A stretch of 64,000 bases of DNA from NCBI GenBank assembly GCA_030770535.1, contig JASVEC010000014.1:1054001-1118000 (forward strand). Direction: 5' to 3'. Below the pieces are notes generated by a model, which had not been told where the DNA came from, searched no databases, and worked only from the letters and a program-made list of their open reading frames with translations. The translations under genes and the position numbers were made by a program. Positions 10,955 to 24,854 of the stretch are shown piece after piece (the first letter of the stretch is position 1; each line of letters starts with the position of its first letter). The stretch is from Batkoa obscura. Its lineage: Eukaryota.

Positions 10955-13900
10955 ATGAATGATAATAAACCCAACGATAACACCATTAGCAATACATTTG
11001 ATACGATTAAAGACATTAACAATGATAAAGATACTCTAATATCAGTAATATAATTATAAAACTTTTACTTTATAAATAATAAATTAAACAAAAATATTAA
11101 AAGTTAGATTCAGTTTATCAACGTTTGCAAATTGAAACAAAGATTAAATTAGGTGCTGAGAATATGTTACAAGTATTTGATACCTTTCAAAAAGGCGATA
11201 TTCATTCTAAAAGAGAAATTGAATTACAATTAAATGCTGCTAATAATAATATAGCTCAATTAACTAAAGAAGTAGAATATTATGAAAATTTGAAATTACC
11301 AAAAAATGGTGAGTTCTTTTTTATTATGAAAATATAACTAGAATTATTAGGAAGTTCATGTGTTAATACCGTTTTTTATTTAGAATCAAATACAAGTAAT
11401 AAATTAAATGAAAAAAATATTGATCTTAATAGTATTAACGCTAATAATAACAATAATAATAGTAATAATAATAACAAAATATATTCAAAAGATTTGAAAG
11501 AGTTTGAAGGTAAAGGTAATGATCAAGTTTAAAATTCAATAAGAAAATAGAATTAATATATACAAATATCAATAGATATCTCTGAAATTATTGAAACTGT
11601 GATTCAATCAATTAATAGTAATGAAAAAGATGGACAAATGAAAAGTTTATTATTAAAAAAATTTTGCTTATTTTTATATCATCAATCACCCTCTATTTCA
11701 GAATATGAATGTAGATTATTTTTGTTATTAAGGCATTCTTCTTTTTCAGAATATAGAGAATTAAGAGCATTATCAATAAGAACTTGTCGATATATTTTAA
11801 ATTTGACTAAAAATTTAAAGTTATTTTTCATGTTACATTGGGATTTCTTAATTGTTAGGTACTCTATTATATGATTCTTTATTCTTATATAAATATAATT
11901 AATTTTACATTAATTTTATTTTATTTTAGGGCTTTAACAATTGATACTAAATGGGATGGAGAAAGAGAACAAGCCATATTATTAATACATAGTATAATAG
12001 CCATTGAAGACGGTATTAATTTATTACCGGATGGTATAATAAGAAGTTTGGTAGCAATAGCTGAAGTTAATGGAGATAAACATCGATTAGTTTGTATTGA
12101 ATTATTATGTGAGTTGGGTAAGTAAAAGAAATAATAAAAACAATAAATATATAAACATATATAAGATAAATAATTAGTCAATAAAAAGAAAATACTAAAA
12201 TTTTACTTTTTATAACAGCTATATTAAAACCATCGACAATAGCTAAAATTGGAGCGTTTAAAATTATAATTAATGCTTTATTTGAAATTAATTATGAGAG
12301 TTGTAGTTGCATCATAAAACTACTACTGGCTTTAATTGATAAACCGGAAACTAGAAAATTTATTCGACCTGGTCAAGATTTTGAAGTAAATTTAATTGAG
12401 TATTTAACAAATAATACATTTAATAAAATATTAAATCAAATAATAGAATAAATAGAATGAATATAATAAACAATATATATAATATAGTTATTTATTTTTA
12501 TTTTTTATAGGTAATATTTTCAGTATTTAATGATTCCATAGATCGTAGTGGTATTCATCGGGAAAAAATTAAAGTTGGTTCTAAATTAGTATTGGAATTT
12601 TTAAGGTCTTGGAATGGTAACATTTTATTTTATTTCATTTTTAATTAATTAATTTTATTTAAATTTAGGCATTATGTATTTATGTATTGATAATAAAAGA
12701 GCAATGAAATCCATTATTAGTGCTTTAACTTCCAACTCAATTGATACCAGAGTAAGTTAATATTAATATTGTTATATTAGATTGTTAATAGAAATTAATA
12801 GAAAACAATGCTAGATATGTTTTATAATTTATTTGATATCAATTTGCCAATTTGGAATGCTAATTTGAACACTTTAGATTTAGATGGTAACTATTATTCT
12901 ATTCCAATATCATTCTATTAATATTATCAATTAATATTGACTTTTATTAATTTTTAAATGTTAGAATTTCATTCAAGACAATTAGATAAAAATTATGATA
13001 AAAATTTATCTTTAATTTATCAACATTATGCTATTCTATTACATGTTTTATTAGAAGCTAATATTATAGAAGTAAGTTAGTATTGATATACTAATACAAA
13101 TATCCCGATTACACACACATTAATAACAACATTATTTAGACATTAACTAAACTTATTGAAAGTAATAATCAACATGTAGTATTTTATTCCACTATTTTAT
13201 TAGCGGAAATTACTAAATTGGGTAACAAATTGATGAGTAAAGCTTCCAAATCAGTGGAGGTAAGTGGAGTTGTTATAATAAATTTAATTTATTAATATTC
13301 ATTTATCAGCCTTTACCCAAGCTATTTGAATTAGCAACTTTATTTAAATCGGAAGAATTACGATACACCGCTTTAATATCCTTAAATAAAGTGGATAACT
13401 CGAATTTAAATTATTTAAGGAATAGTAATTTAAAAATGAATGGAAACAAGTAAGCTAATTAGTTATTTAAAAACGGATTTATTAATTTATATATTATATA
13501 ATATTATATTAATAATTTATTAATAAATTCTAATTTTTATGTAGTTTAAATCAAGGACATAAACAAATCGAAAAAATTAAATTGAGAGTGGGTAGTCAAT
13601 TAGATGAAAATCAATTTCGAAATTTAATATTGGAAACTCAGGTAAATATTAATAAAAATTCGACTGTTATTAATATGTCATATATCATCCATTTGTACTT
13701 ATGAATAATACTAAATATTAATTATTAATTACTAATATACTAACTATTATAATTTATTAATAGGTATTAGCTGACAAAACATATACAAAATGGAATTGGG
13801 AAATTATATTGGAATTATTACAAGGTCCTTTATTAAATTCCAAAAAATTTGAAGAAGCAATTAAAAATTATAAATTAATTAAACGTTTAATTTCTTTTTA

Positions 13901-16642
13901 TTGTCCGAATTCCAATATGTTTTCAGAAGTCAAGCAAAATAAGGTGAGTTTTTATTAGTAATATATACGACATTATTAAATTAAAATATATATATGATAT
14001 TATATGATCTGATAATTTATTAATTTTTTTATTGATATAGAATGCATTCACTTATGTTCAAGTGGGATGTGAATTAATGAAAGTTTTAGTTAGTCATACA
14101 GATGGTATTAAAGCATTAATAGAATCAGATTTTTTATTGCAAATTAAAGAAGCCTTAGCGGTATTAGATCCAGTGGTAATTTTAATTTAAATAATAATAG
14201 TACAAATAATAATACCAATTTAGATTAACTCCAGTCATCAAAATGATTTATTTTTCTCTAAAGAAAAAATGAACTTTAGTTTAATACCTTACTATTTTAC
14301 TTTTATTGGGACATTATCAAGATATAAATTAGGAATCAAGTAAATTTTTTATATTAATATTGTTGAATTTATTAAATCTATTAACTGTATTTAGTTTACT
14401 TGAAAAGTATAATATTTTCGATTTATTTTATCGAGTTACAGAATTAAGATCAAGAGATGATTTAGTTAAATCGATTATTAATCATTTAGATTATTCAAAG
14501 TAAGTTAAGAATGTTATTATTATTGATAATAAATTAACTTATTATCAATAGAGAAGGTCATGCCAGACTTATATTATCTAAAGTATTAACTTCAGCTTAC
14601 AAAGTAGGTTAATAATAATAATAATAATTCAATTAATTTTTAATTATCATTATAGCATATCCGATTATTTGCTACTAATTTCCTACGTGTACTATTAAGA
14701 CAAAATATACCTAATTTTAGTTCATGGGGTATTTATTTGTTAATTACACAAGTAAGTAAAATTTATTTTTATTAAATAATAAAATTTATATTAGTAATAA
14801 AAATAATATTAACATTGATAATCAAGCTATATGATCCATCCATTGAAGTATGTGAAATGGCTGTCTCTGTATTAGATGAAGCTTGTATGGATAGTGAAAA
14901 TTTACAAACTTTAGTTCGATTAAAACCATCCATGTCGCATTTAGAATTTGCTGGTGATTCTTTATTATTAAGGTAATTTTTGTTGTTTTTAAAGTTGATA
15001 AAATATTATGGGATATTAATATTTATTGAATTGTTAGATATTTATCTTCTTTAGATGGTTTAAATTATTTATCAACTATGGATTATGTTGATTTACAAAT
15101 GGATCAATGGTTTAAAGTAAGACTATTTCAATTGTAATAATTTTGTTATTTTATTTTATTATTTTGTTTCTAAAACAGGAAAGAAATCGAAGATATGTAA
15201 CACGAATAGAATTATCATTATCTAGAGCCTTAGAAAATAAAACAAACAGTTCTAGAGGCTCTTATTGGTTTGATGAAAAACATGAATCTTTGATTGAAGA
15301 TCCAGAAAAATTGTAAGTATTAAATAATTTTATATCAATACAAAAAAGAATAATAAAGAAAAACAAAATGATACCAATTGTTAATAATATTATAAATTAT
15401 TATTAACATTATTAATTATTAATTTTTTATTACTTTTAGAGAAAAATTAGACGGTTTTATATTCCCTCATTTTTATGGGGAGTTAACTAAAACATTTAAA
15501 GGTTGTGAAATATTATTAGAAAAAGGACATTTAAAACATTTTTCAACTTATTTAAAACAACATAAAAAAGAAATAGTAGATGATAACATTATATTAAATT
15601 TAAAAGCTTGTTTATGGGCATTGGTAAATTAATTTTTATAAAATAATCAAAAAAAGATAAAAAAACAATTAATTTATTATTTATTAGGGTCATATTGGCT
15701 CTTCAGAGGTAGGAATTACTATATTAGCACAAGCGGATGCTATTGAAGATATTATTTGGATGGCAGAAAATTGTCAGGTATATTCACTGAAGGGGTAAGT
15801 TAATTTATCATAGATAATAAACATTTTATATTAATGTTTTTAATTTAGTACTGCAGTTTATGTACTAGGGTTAATTGGGTCATCTCAATTAGGTGATGAA
15901 GTATTACAAGAAGCTAATTGGGATTCTATATTTTCGAAATTTAATCCATCTACTCTATTGAATTTTAAAAATGAAAAAAAATGGGCAAAGGTAATCATTA
16001 AAAGATATATAAAAAACATCATATATAATATATTATTATTTATTTAGGTTGATTCTTGGGAATATACTTCATTGGTTAAAAGTTATACAATATTATATAA
16101 TGATAAAGATAGTATCGAAAAAGAAATTTTAACCACTATTGGTAATTTATCCAATCATATCTTAGTGGGTACAGCATCTTCAGCATTAATGAGGTGATCA
16201 TTTTTATATTAATAACTAGAATATAAATACTAATATCAACAATATTATTATTAATTATAGATTAAAAAACAAATACCCTCCTTATTTTCAACGAGGTGAT
16301 ATTTATTATGAAGTTTATGAAATTATACAGCATTATCATTTTCGATTAACAACAAGACAGTTCTTATTTAATTTATTTGATCTTCCATTTAATAACAATT
16401 TATTTGATACATTCACAATAATTAGGAAGAAATTACAAATTATTAATATTAATGGATTAAATAATAATAATAATAATGTAATAGAAGAGATGAAAGAGAA
16501 TTATGAATTTGAACAGGAAAGGGAGGGTAATGAAGAAGGAATAGGAAGTAGAGAAATAATATCGGAAAGTGGAAATAAAGATTGGGATTTACCAATGACT
16601 ATTACACCAACCCCAAATATTAAAATATTAGGTTTTTATTAA
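10955..16642 (+). CDS. RICTOR: TORC2 subunit RICTOR/Avo3, multi-exon, N-terminal HR1 domain
   Basis: LQIETKIKLGAENML (HR1); EREQA; KWNWEIILELLQGPLLNSK; LDYS/EGHARLILSKVLT; QLYDPSIEVCEMAV; PHFYGELTKT; LKACLWALGHIG; HFRLTTRQFLFNLFD; stop TAA 16640-16642. Exon boundaries only partly checked. Confidence 0.92.
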
Positions 16643-17280
16643 AAGATAGCTGTAATTAAAACTTATTTATTATTCTAACTTATTTTTTAAAGGGGAATAT
16701 ATTTATAATTGAATTATATCAGTATCTTTTTTTAACTAATCTTTTATATAAATAAAATGAATTTTTGTTGTTTTTTATTATTGAATTTTGAAAACTTTAA
16801 TAGTTGATAATTACTTTTTATATAAATCCAAATTTTATTATTAAAAAGTTAAATAAAGTTCTAAATAAAATTGAGATGATATTGTTATTTTCTTTTTAAT
16901 TTGGCTAAATCTAATTTTATTTATTTTTGTTTCAAGATGTTCTTTAAAATTATTGTTAATTAGTAAGGTTTCAGTTGAACTCATCATGAGCTCAATCCTT
17001 TAAAAATTTAGTGTAAATTTTGGGTTAAATCAACAGCCCAATTTTATCTAAAAGTGGCAATTTAGCTATCAATTTTCGTTTAAAAAAAGACAGTCACTTA
17101 ATTTCAAATGGAATAAATAAATTAAAAGTTCAAATGAATTTAAAATTAATTTCATTTTTTAACCAGTTTTATAATTTTATTCAATTTAGAATCTGCTTTT
17201 GTTTTTTTGTATAATTTCAATTAGAGACTTATTAAACAATCTATTGTCTTTGAAATCAATTCGTCAATTAAGATTTTTAC

Positions 17281-20074
17281 ATGTATACTTATCTTTACAA
17301 TAACGTTTATAAATTATTCGATTCCACTACCAATAATGAAAAAGAAATAGTATTAAAATCGGATTGTAAACCAAGGACTACATTAATTAGAAGTAATTTT
17401 ATTCCATTTAATATACAACAAAAAATCCAATTATTAAAAGAAGAAATGGGACAGGTAATAACTAATTTATATAGAAACTATATACAACTGTTTTATTTAT
17501 TTTCATTTTTAATTTAATTATAAACTAGGAAAAACAAGTTGATTAATAGTATTAAATTTTATTTAGTTAGTCCTTAAAGGTTTATTAAAACCTAATAATT
17601 TAATTGGTCATTATCAATCTATTATGGCTTCAGCTACTAATTTTGAACAATGGGCTTCTGCAGCTTCATTATTAGATCAATATGAAGGTATGTCTTAATT
17701 ATCTCTTTTATCCTCTCTTTACTTTCTATCAACTCCACTTATAGCAATTAAGACTCAACAACTTATTTATAATAATTAAAACCCATTAATCTCACTTATA
17801 GCAATATAATTTGTAATTTATTAACATTTTGTATTAATAATAGGTAAAAACGATTGGAAAAATGATCCAACAAGTGAATTTTATGATTATGAATTATTAC
17901 ATAGTCGATTAACTCAACTACGTAAAGCAAGGGCTGAGAATGATTATCATGCTTTAATTTATTTATTACGTACTTCATTATCTAGAAATTTTGCTGATAT
18001 GGGGAATCCAGCGGTAAGTTGAGAGTAGTTAAGTTATTGACAATTTATAATGATATTTTCATTTTAGTTGTATTCTCAAACCAATGTAGGCACCAAAGTA
18101 TTAATTGAAGTTTATATTAATGAAGTAGTAAGTATGCTAAATATGTTAGCTGATGCAAATGAAGAAATCTTATCTACTCAAGCAAAATATGAGTTATTTT
18201 TAAATATTCGACAAGCACTTGGTAGAACAGCATTATTATTGAGTGGTGGGGCTACATTAGGTAAGGAAGAAGAATTGAATAATATACAGTATAAAAATTA
18301 ATTAGAATAATTAATTTTTATTTATTATATTATTAGGTATCAATCATTTTGGTATTTGTAGAGCATTAAATGAAGTCAAGTTATTACCAAGGATCATATC
18401 TGGGGCTTCTTCAGGTTCCATTGTAGCTTCAGTATTATGTACTAGAGCCGATGCTGAATTAGATAAGATGTTATTAGATGGAGATATGAATATGGTAATT
18501 TAGAATATAAATTATATTGTTTACATACTTAATATTTTATTAGACTTGTTTTGAAGATATTACTGAAGAAGGAGTTATCATTGGTATGCTTTCTAGGTTA
18601 TTGAAAAGAGGTAATAATATAATACCATGATCATATACAATAAACGTTAAATTTTATTTTATGAAGGCATCTTATTTAATGTTGATGTGTTATTGGAATG
18701 TTTACAAGAATTAATTGGAGATTATACATTTCAAGAAGCATATAACAAAACTAGAAGGATACTAAATATACCAGTTAGTTCTTCTACAGTTTATGAAATG
18801 CCAAGATTATTAAATTATGTCACTGCTCCTAATGTAGTAAGTTTTTATTTTATTTCATTTCATATAATTTAATTGAATAATTAATTTTCTATTTTTTCCT
18901 TTTAGTTGATTTGGTCAGCAGTGTAAATATAATAAATTCTAACTATTTTTTTATAAGTTAATATTAATCATGTATTTTTAATATAAAAGTGCCGCCTCTT
19001 GCTCAGTTCCATTATTTTTTGATTCTACTACAATTTATGCAAAAGATCGACAAGGTAATAAAGTACCTTGGAATCCAACTGGCAAGTTTATTTAACTAAT
19101 ATTGATTGTTATAATTTCATAATATTAAATTTTATTTAGGATCTAGATGGATCGATGGATCCGTTGAAAAGTAATTTGTTATTAATATTTAAATTAATGT
19201 AAGCTTATTGATTATAAATTAATAGTGATTTGCCAATGAATAAACTATCGGAAATGTTTAACGTCAATCATTTTATTGTTTGTCAAGGTAAAATAACAAG
19301 AATATGATAGCATAAAACCATAATACAGTCATGTTTATTTATTTTATTAGTTAATCCCCATGTAATACCCTTTTTAAAAACAGCTCCCTCTACAACTAAA
19401 ATTGCCAAATTTGTTGATTGGATGATGTATTTTTCTAAAGCCGAATTATTGCATCGTGTTGGACAAGTAAGAAAATATTCTATATTAATTACTGATATAA
19501 AACTATTGATAATTAATATTATTTTATTAACGTTATTATTATTTAGCTTAGTGAAATTGGAATAATGAAAGAAACAATGTATAAAATACAATCCATAATT
19601 TCACAAAAATATGTTGGAGATATAACTATAGTACCAAGTATATCAGCTATGGATTTTTTAAAAATTTTTAGTAATCCAAGTCAAGATGAAGTTTATGAAT
19701 GTTTATCAAGAGGTGAAAAAGCAATTTGGCCAAGTAAGCTTAACAATAATAATAATAATAATATGCTAATAATAATATTTTATATTTAATTCCTTAATAT
19801 TATTATAGAAATCTCTATTATACGTAATCATTGTCATGTAGAATTATGTATTGATCAAATCATTTATCGATTAAGGTTAAAATTATTTGCTCAATCTTAT
19901 AATTCTAGTATTCCGTTATCAATTGATAACAATAACAATAACAATAATAATGGAATGAATTATCAAGAAGACAATGAAAATGAAAAATTAAAACCAATAC
20001 CAAGATCAGCTTCATCTTCTCAATTTTTGGATCAAAAAAAGAAAATGTTTAAACATTTATCAACGATTCATTAA
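17281..20074 (+). CDS. TGL4: Patatin-domain triacylglycerol lipase (Tgl4/Tgl5/SDP1-like), multi-exon
   Basis: GRTALLLSGGATLG, LLPRIISGASSGSI, TFQEAYNKTRRILNI, PRLLNYVTAPNV, RWIDGSVE, LSEMFNVNHFIVCQ, NPHVIPF; the start is uncertain. Confidence 0.88.
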
Positions 20075-21010
20075 GTGGATAATATGAGGTTAGTGGGGGA
20101 ACAGGGAGGATTATTTTGTAACTTTTTAGTAGTATGATGTAGATTATATACATGATTATGTAACTTTTTCTAATAAATGGAAAACCTTCTCATTATCTTT
20201 AAATTAATAGTTTTGAAATTATATAAAATTATTATTATTATTATTAAACTAAAGTTGATCATTATAATACCTTCAAATAATTTCTATCTATTGAAATATC
20301 TCATTGACTTCAAATTGATATCCCATTCTTAATTTTTTGTTTTAATGTATTTGAGCTATTATTTATAAATAACAAGTCAAATAAATAAAACAATTTAAAT
20401 AATATCAACTATATCTAAATCAATAATAAGATTAAAATAACAAAAACATTAAAAAAACAAAATGATACAAAACAAACTCTATTTATTCCAAATTATTTAG
20501 ATTTTTATTTAAATATTACAATAAATAGATTTCTAAACTAACATTGAGAAAGGGAGTTTTTTAACATTAATTTGACATGATAATATTGTAGCATGACAAA
20601 TCATTTTGGATTGGATTTTAAAAATCTACTATTAACATTAAGTATTATTAACAGCTCATACTAAAAATATAATAAACTTGAGCTACAAAGAGTATTTATA
20701 ACTATTACATAATGAAATCAATCCTCAACTAATCCTCAACTAATCCTCAATTAACACCTTTGTCATTTGAAGGTAAAACTTTAGTACCTATGAACATTTG
20801 AAATTTACACAACCCTTTTTCTAAAAGTGAATCTCCTCTAACATACTGTTAAATGCACTAATATACCTAATGGCATTGATTTTGAGAATAAAAATTGTGA
20901 AGAAGCGATGGCTTTTAAACTTAGCTTTATTTTTTCTACCTTTAAAATTAGTTACTAATGTGGCAATTTACATTTATTAGATAATTAAGAAAAATTAACC
21001 AAAAGCAATT

Positions 21011-21108
21011 GGGGATGTTTTTTTTAGTTTCATTACTTTTCCATTTTTTAAGCACTATTTGAGTAGAAAAATTATTAGTGAAATCCTTAAGCAAAAAAAT
21101 ACATCCCC
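21011..21108. mobile_element. ~98-bp MITE
   Basis: GGGGATG...CATCCCC, TSD AATT. Confidence 0.88.
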
Positions 21109-21252
21109 AATTAGTCAACATTAATACTGAGTGAAGTATTCAAACACTTCATTATAAAGACCAGTATTATTTTGATAGCTATCAATTAAAATATCATAAA
21201 CAAAATGTTTTATTTTAAAAAATAAGAACATATTTAGCTAAAAGTCACACAC

Positions 21253-21716
21253 TATGAAATCTGGTACTCAGTGTTTAGAGTCAAAAACAGCTATTGCTTG
21301 GTTGACTACACTACAAGTCGAAAGGTCTTAGTTTATGTGACTAAGATAGACTTGGATTATGAGGAATAGCACATAATAGGTTACAAGCTATATAAGACAA
21401 ACGTAATAGACAATACTAATGTAAAATCTACGTAAAATACTATTAAGAAAACCTAGTGACTTTATTAAATGTTCGAGATATCAGGGAATAATTCAGTTAA
21501 AAAGCCTCGAGCTATTATGTTTTAGAATCTCTTTTATACTCTGATAAGTATAAATATCAAAACGAGGGGAGAATATTCTTTGAGACGAAGATAGAAATTC
21601 TCATATCAAATCAAACTAAGAACGTGGGATTGATTTTCTCTGAACTTGAGAACACAACAGCTTAGGCGATTATTATGCTATAATTAACCATGGGACTGAC
21701 AAAGCGATATTTCACA
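21253..21716 (-). mobile_element. Solo-LTR-like repeat, 464 bp (copy 1)
   Basis: Termini TGTGAAAT...ATTTCA(T)A; near-identical reverse complement of 21946-22409; no TSD found. Confidence 0.7.
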
Positions 21717-21728
21717 CCTTTAAAATAT

Positions 21729-21828
21729 GGGAGTGTTTTTTTTGGATTTATTACTTTTTCCATTTTCTAAGCACTATTTGAGTGGAAAAATTTGTTAGTA
21801 AAATCCTTAAATACAAAAATATATCCCC
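21729..21828. mobile_element. ~98-bp MITE in the spacer of the inverted LTR-like pair
   Basis: GGGAGTG...TATCCCC, flanks ATAT/ATTT. Confidence 0.85.
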
Positions 21829-21945
21829 ATTTGTTCTTTCTAATTAGTGTTTTTTTAAGTGATCTCTCCCATCTTCTTTAATACAGTACTCACACTTTAG
21901 ACTCAATCTAACTTAAATAAGCTAAGATTTAAAACTATAACTATT

Positions 21946-22409
21946 TGTGAAATATCGCTTTGTCAGTCCCATGGTTAATTATAGCATAATAATCGCCTAA
22001 GCTGTTGTGTTCTCAAGTTCAGAGAAAATCAATCCCACGTTCTTAGTTTGATTTGATATGAGAATTTCTATCTTCGTCTCAAAGAATATTCTCCCCTCGT
22101 TTTGATATTTATACTTATCAGAGTATAAAAGAGATTCTAAAACATAATAGCTCGAGGCTTTTTAACTGAATTATTCCCTGATATCTCGAACATTTAATAA
22201 AGTCACTAGGTTTTCTTAATAGTATTTTACGTAGATTTTACATTAGTATTGTCTATTACGTTTGTCTTATATAGCTTGTAACCTATTATGTGCTATTCCT
22301 CATAATCCAAGTCTATCTTAGTCACATAAACTAAGACCTTTCGACTTGTAGTGTAGTCAACCAAGCAATAGCTGTTTTTGACTCTAAACGCTGAGTACCA
22401 GATTTCACA
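21946..22409 (+). mobile_element. Solo-LTR-like repeat, 464 bp (copy 2)
   Basis: TGTGAAAT...ATTTCACA 8-bp inverted termini (TG...CA); TATAAAA at 22124 followed by AATAAA at 22196, an LTR-like order. Confidence 0.72.
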
Positions 22410-22433
22410 TCCTTCTATTTTTATTTAATACAT

Positions 22434-22531
22434 GGGGATGTATTTTTGTATTTAAGAATTTTATTAGCAATTTTTCCACTCAATAGTGCTTAAAAAGTGG
22501 AAAAAGTAATGAACCCAAAAAAAACATCCCC
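22434..22531. mobile_element. ~98-bp MITE
   Basis: GGGGATG...CATCCCC, TSD ACAT. Confidence 0.88.
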
Positions 22532-22532
22532 A

Positions 22533-23854
22533 CATATTATCTTATGAATATTTACTATCATTATTTTTTTTATTAAATCTTGAAATAGTTCAATTATTTA
22601 GTAAATGTTGTATAATAATTTCAGCTCGCTCATCTTTAGTTTATTTGTATTTTTAATAATAGGGCTGTAGTGTTAATATTTTATTATTATTAATTGTTTT
22701 TGAACAATCATATTTATTTTTATTCATATTAAATCCAAAACTTTTGTATTTTTATGTTTAACTATTAACAATTTTTCCGCTCAAATAGTGCTTAAAAAAA
22801 TGGAAAAGTAATGAAACCGAAAAAATATCCCCCATATCAATTAGTTAATTTCAAGATTTGAGACTTTCGTTTGAGAACATAATAAAATTAATAACTCGAC
22901 TGTTAATAATGGGAAGACAGATGTGATTTTTTAAAAGTATGAAAAAAACAAAAACATAAAAATAATAATAGAAATACAAGGCCTTAAGCATTTACATTTT
23001 ATTAAACGTAACAATGAACTACATTGTTATCCAGTATCTGATAGATAAAAAAAGCGATATAGCTCCAACTAAAGTTATAGAGTCTAACAGAAAATATAAA
23101 AATTAAAAGACCAACTCCAGCTTATCTTATAAAAACAGCAGAAAATTTGAAATTTTCAATATTTACTAACCAAATAATTTGTTAAATTATAGAAATCACT
23201 TATTAAATGGAGATGTTTTTTTTGGCTTCATTACTTTTTCCATCCTTTAATAAGTGCTAATTGAGTGGAAAAATTATTATTAAAGCTCTTAAACACAAAA
23301 ATACATCCCCAAATGTTAATATTATTTAAGTTATTAATAGCTAAGTTAATAAATAGTCAAAGAACAAGTAATTACAATAATAAGTAAAAACTATTATTAT
23401 GTTAATTGTATTACATAAGGATAGTCAATTATAGTTTTAAGACTAACCACTCCCCCTCATGCAATTACTTATTAACTTAGTAATATATTAATAATGCTAA
23501 TTATAACATTAAAATAGTTTATTTATTTGATAGTAAATCTGCAATGTTAGTTATAAAGCAGTCAATAATAAATGTTTCTCAATAAAGTTTTATAAAAATA
23601 TGTACTCATTTACATACTGCAACTTTGACTAATATTAATATATATGTTATATTAGTAAAAGCCTTGTTAATCTGGAAATTTTTGTTGGATATAGTAAAAA
23701 TTCAACCAACTTACAGTACAAACTACAATAGAATAATTTAGAGCTGTGTTGGGGTACTTTTGCTTTTTAATAAAGAATTTGTTTTTGTAAAATTTTAAGT
23801 GTTGTTTGAGTGGAAAATTTGCTAATGAAATCCTTAAATATAAAAACATATCCC
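22533..23854. mobile_element. Rearranged degenerate copy of the Sola-like element with three MITEs or MITE parts
   Basis: 22533-22745 matches 8322-8535 in direct orientation; 22840-23795 matches ~6770-7530 inverted; MITEs at ~22745-22833, 23209-23310 (TSD AAAT) and a half-MITE at ~23795-23854. Confidence 0.8.
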
Positions 23855-24854
23855 AATATAACTAAAATATAAATAACATACATATATATTAAAACAGTAA
23901 TTGAAATAATCGAATATTTGATATTGTACAAATAAAATGTTGAAATGTTATTGAAATCTTAAATATATTATAATGAGGTATATTAATTTCATAAAATAAT
24001 AAAAATAATACAACTGAATCAATGATGAATTAAGAAAGTTATTTAGTTCTTTTTATATTTACAAACTAAAAGTTAAACAATGAAACACAAAGTAAGATTA
24101 TAGCAAACATTTAAAAAATGACAAATAAAATTCGAAGTAGAGGCTATAAAAATTGTTAAGAAAGACCCATTGTATTTATGAACACTTATCAATTTGAAAT
24201 TATTGCTTACGCTTTATTCACTCTCCTTGCTTTTAATTTTTGTCAACAAATTATGCAGGCTAGACAATTTTATATTACTTTGGTTTTATCTTCCATTATC
24301 ATTAGCGCTACTGCTTCTGTTCTAATTAATACTTTCAATATCAATGACAGTAATTAAATTAAGTTAAATTAAATTAAACACGCTAATTAGATGAATCTTA
24401 AGGTTAATAAACATTTGAGTGTTCAAAGTGAATATTAAATCAAATAGAAGAAGTGATGATGAGGAAGGGAAAAACAAAAGCAAAGACAAAGAAATGTGGG
24501 CGAAAAAGAGAATAAGAGTAACTAACTAGACAATATTTAGAACAAAAGGTTAAATACACAAGATAATAAAAGGGCTGGATAGAAAAATGAAGCTAAGAAA
24601 GGAGATAAAAAGAATGACAGTAAATTGAATACTGGAAGCAAAAATGGAGATAATAAAGAAATTGATAAAAGTTGATGTTTGGAATTTCTAGGAAATAAAA
24701 TAATAATTAAATATTAAATAGTTTAGAAAGCTATATCATTATCAAAAAAATTATAGCTAAAGGTTTATTAGTAGGGAGATAATGAACCATATTGCATAAA
24801 ATAGATGTTAGAGTCCAGACTCAATAAAACTAGCTATTATCTTACTTTGTTGAG

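Noticed and set aside
815..20750. Short tandem repeats (AACATAATA x3 at ~815, TATTATTTTA x5 at ~2350, AATCCTCAACT x3 at ~20720)
   Set aside because: Ordinary slippage repeats in AT-rich DNA with no further structure.
21253..22409. Full LTR retrotransposon or DIRS element
   Set aside because: The repeats are inverted with only 229 bp between them, and no gag/pol/recombinase remnant, PBS or TSD is visible.
24440..24700. Purine-rich tract (a similar one lies at ~210-350)
   Set aside because: Possibly a very old TE remnant, but no ORF, motif or terminus can be supported.
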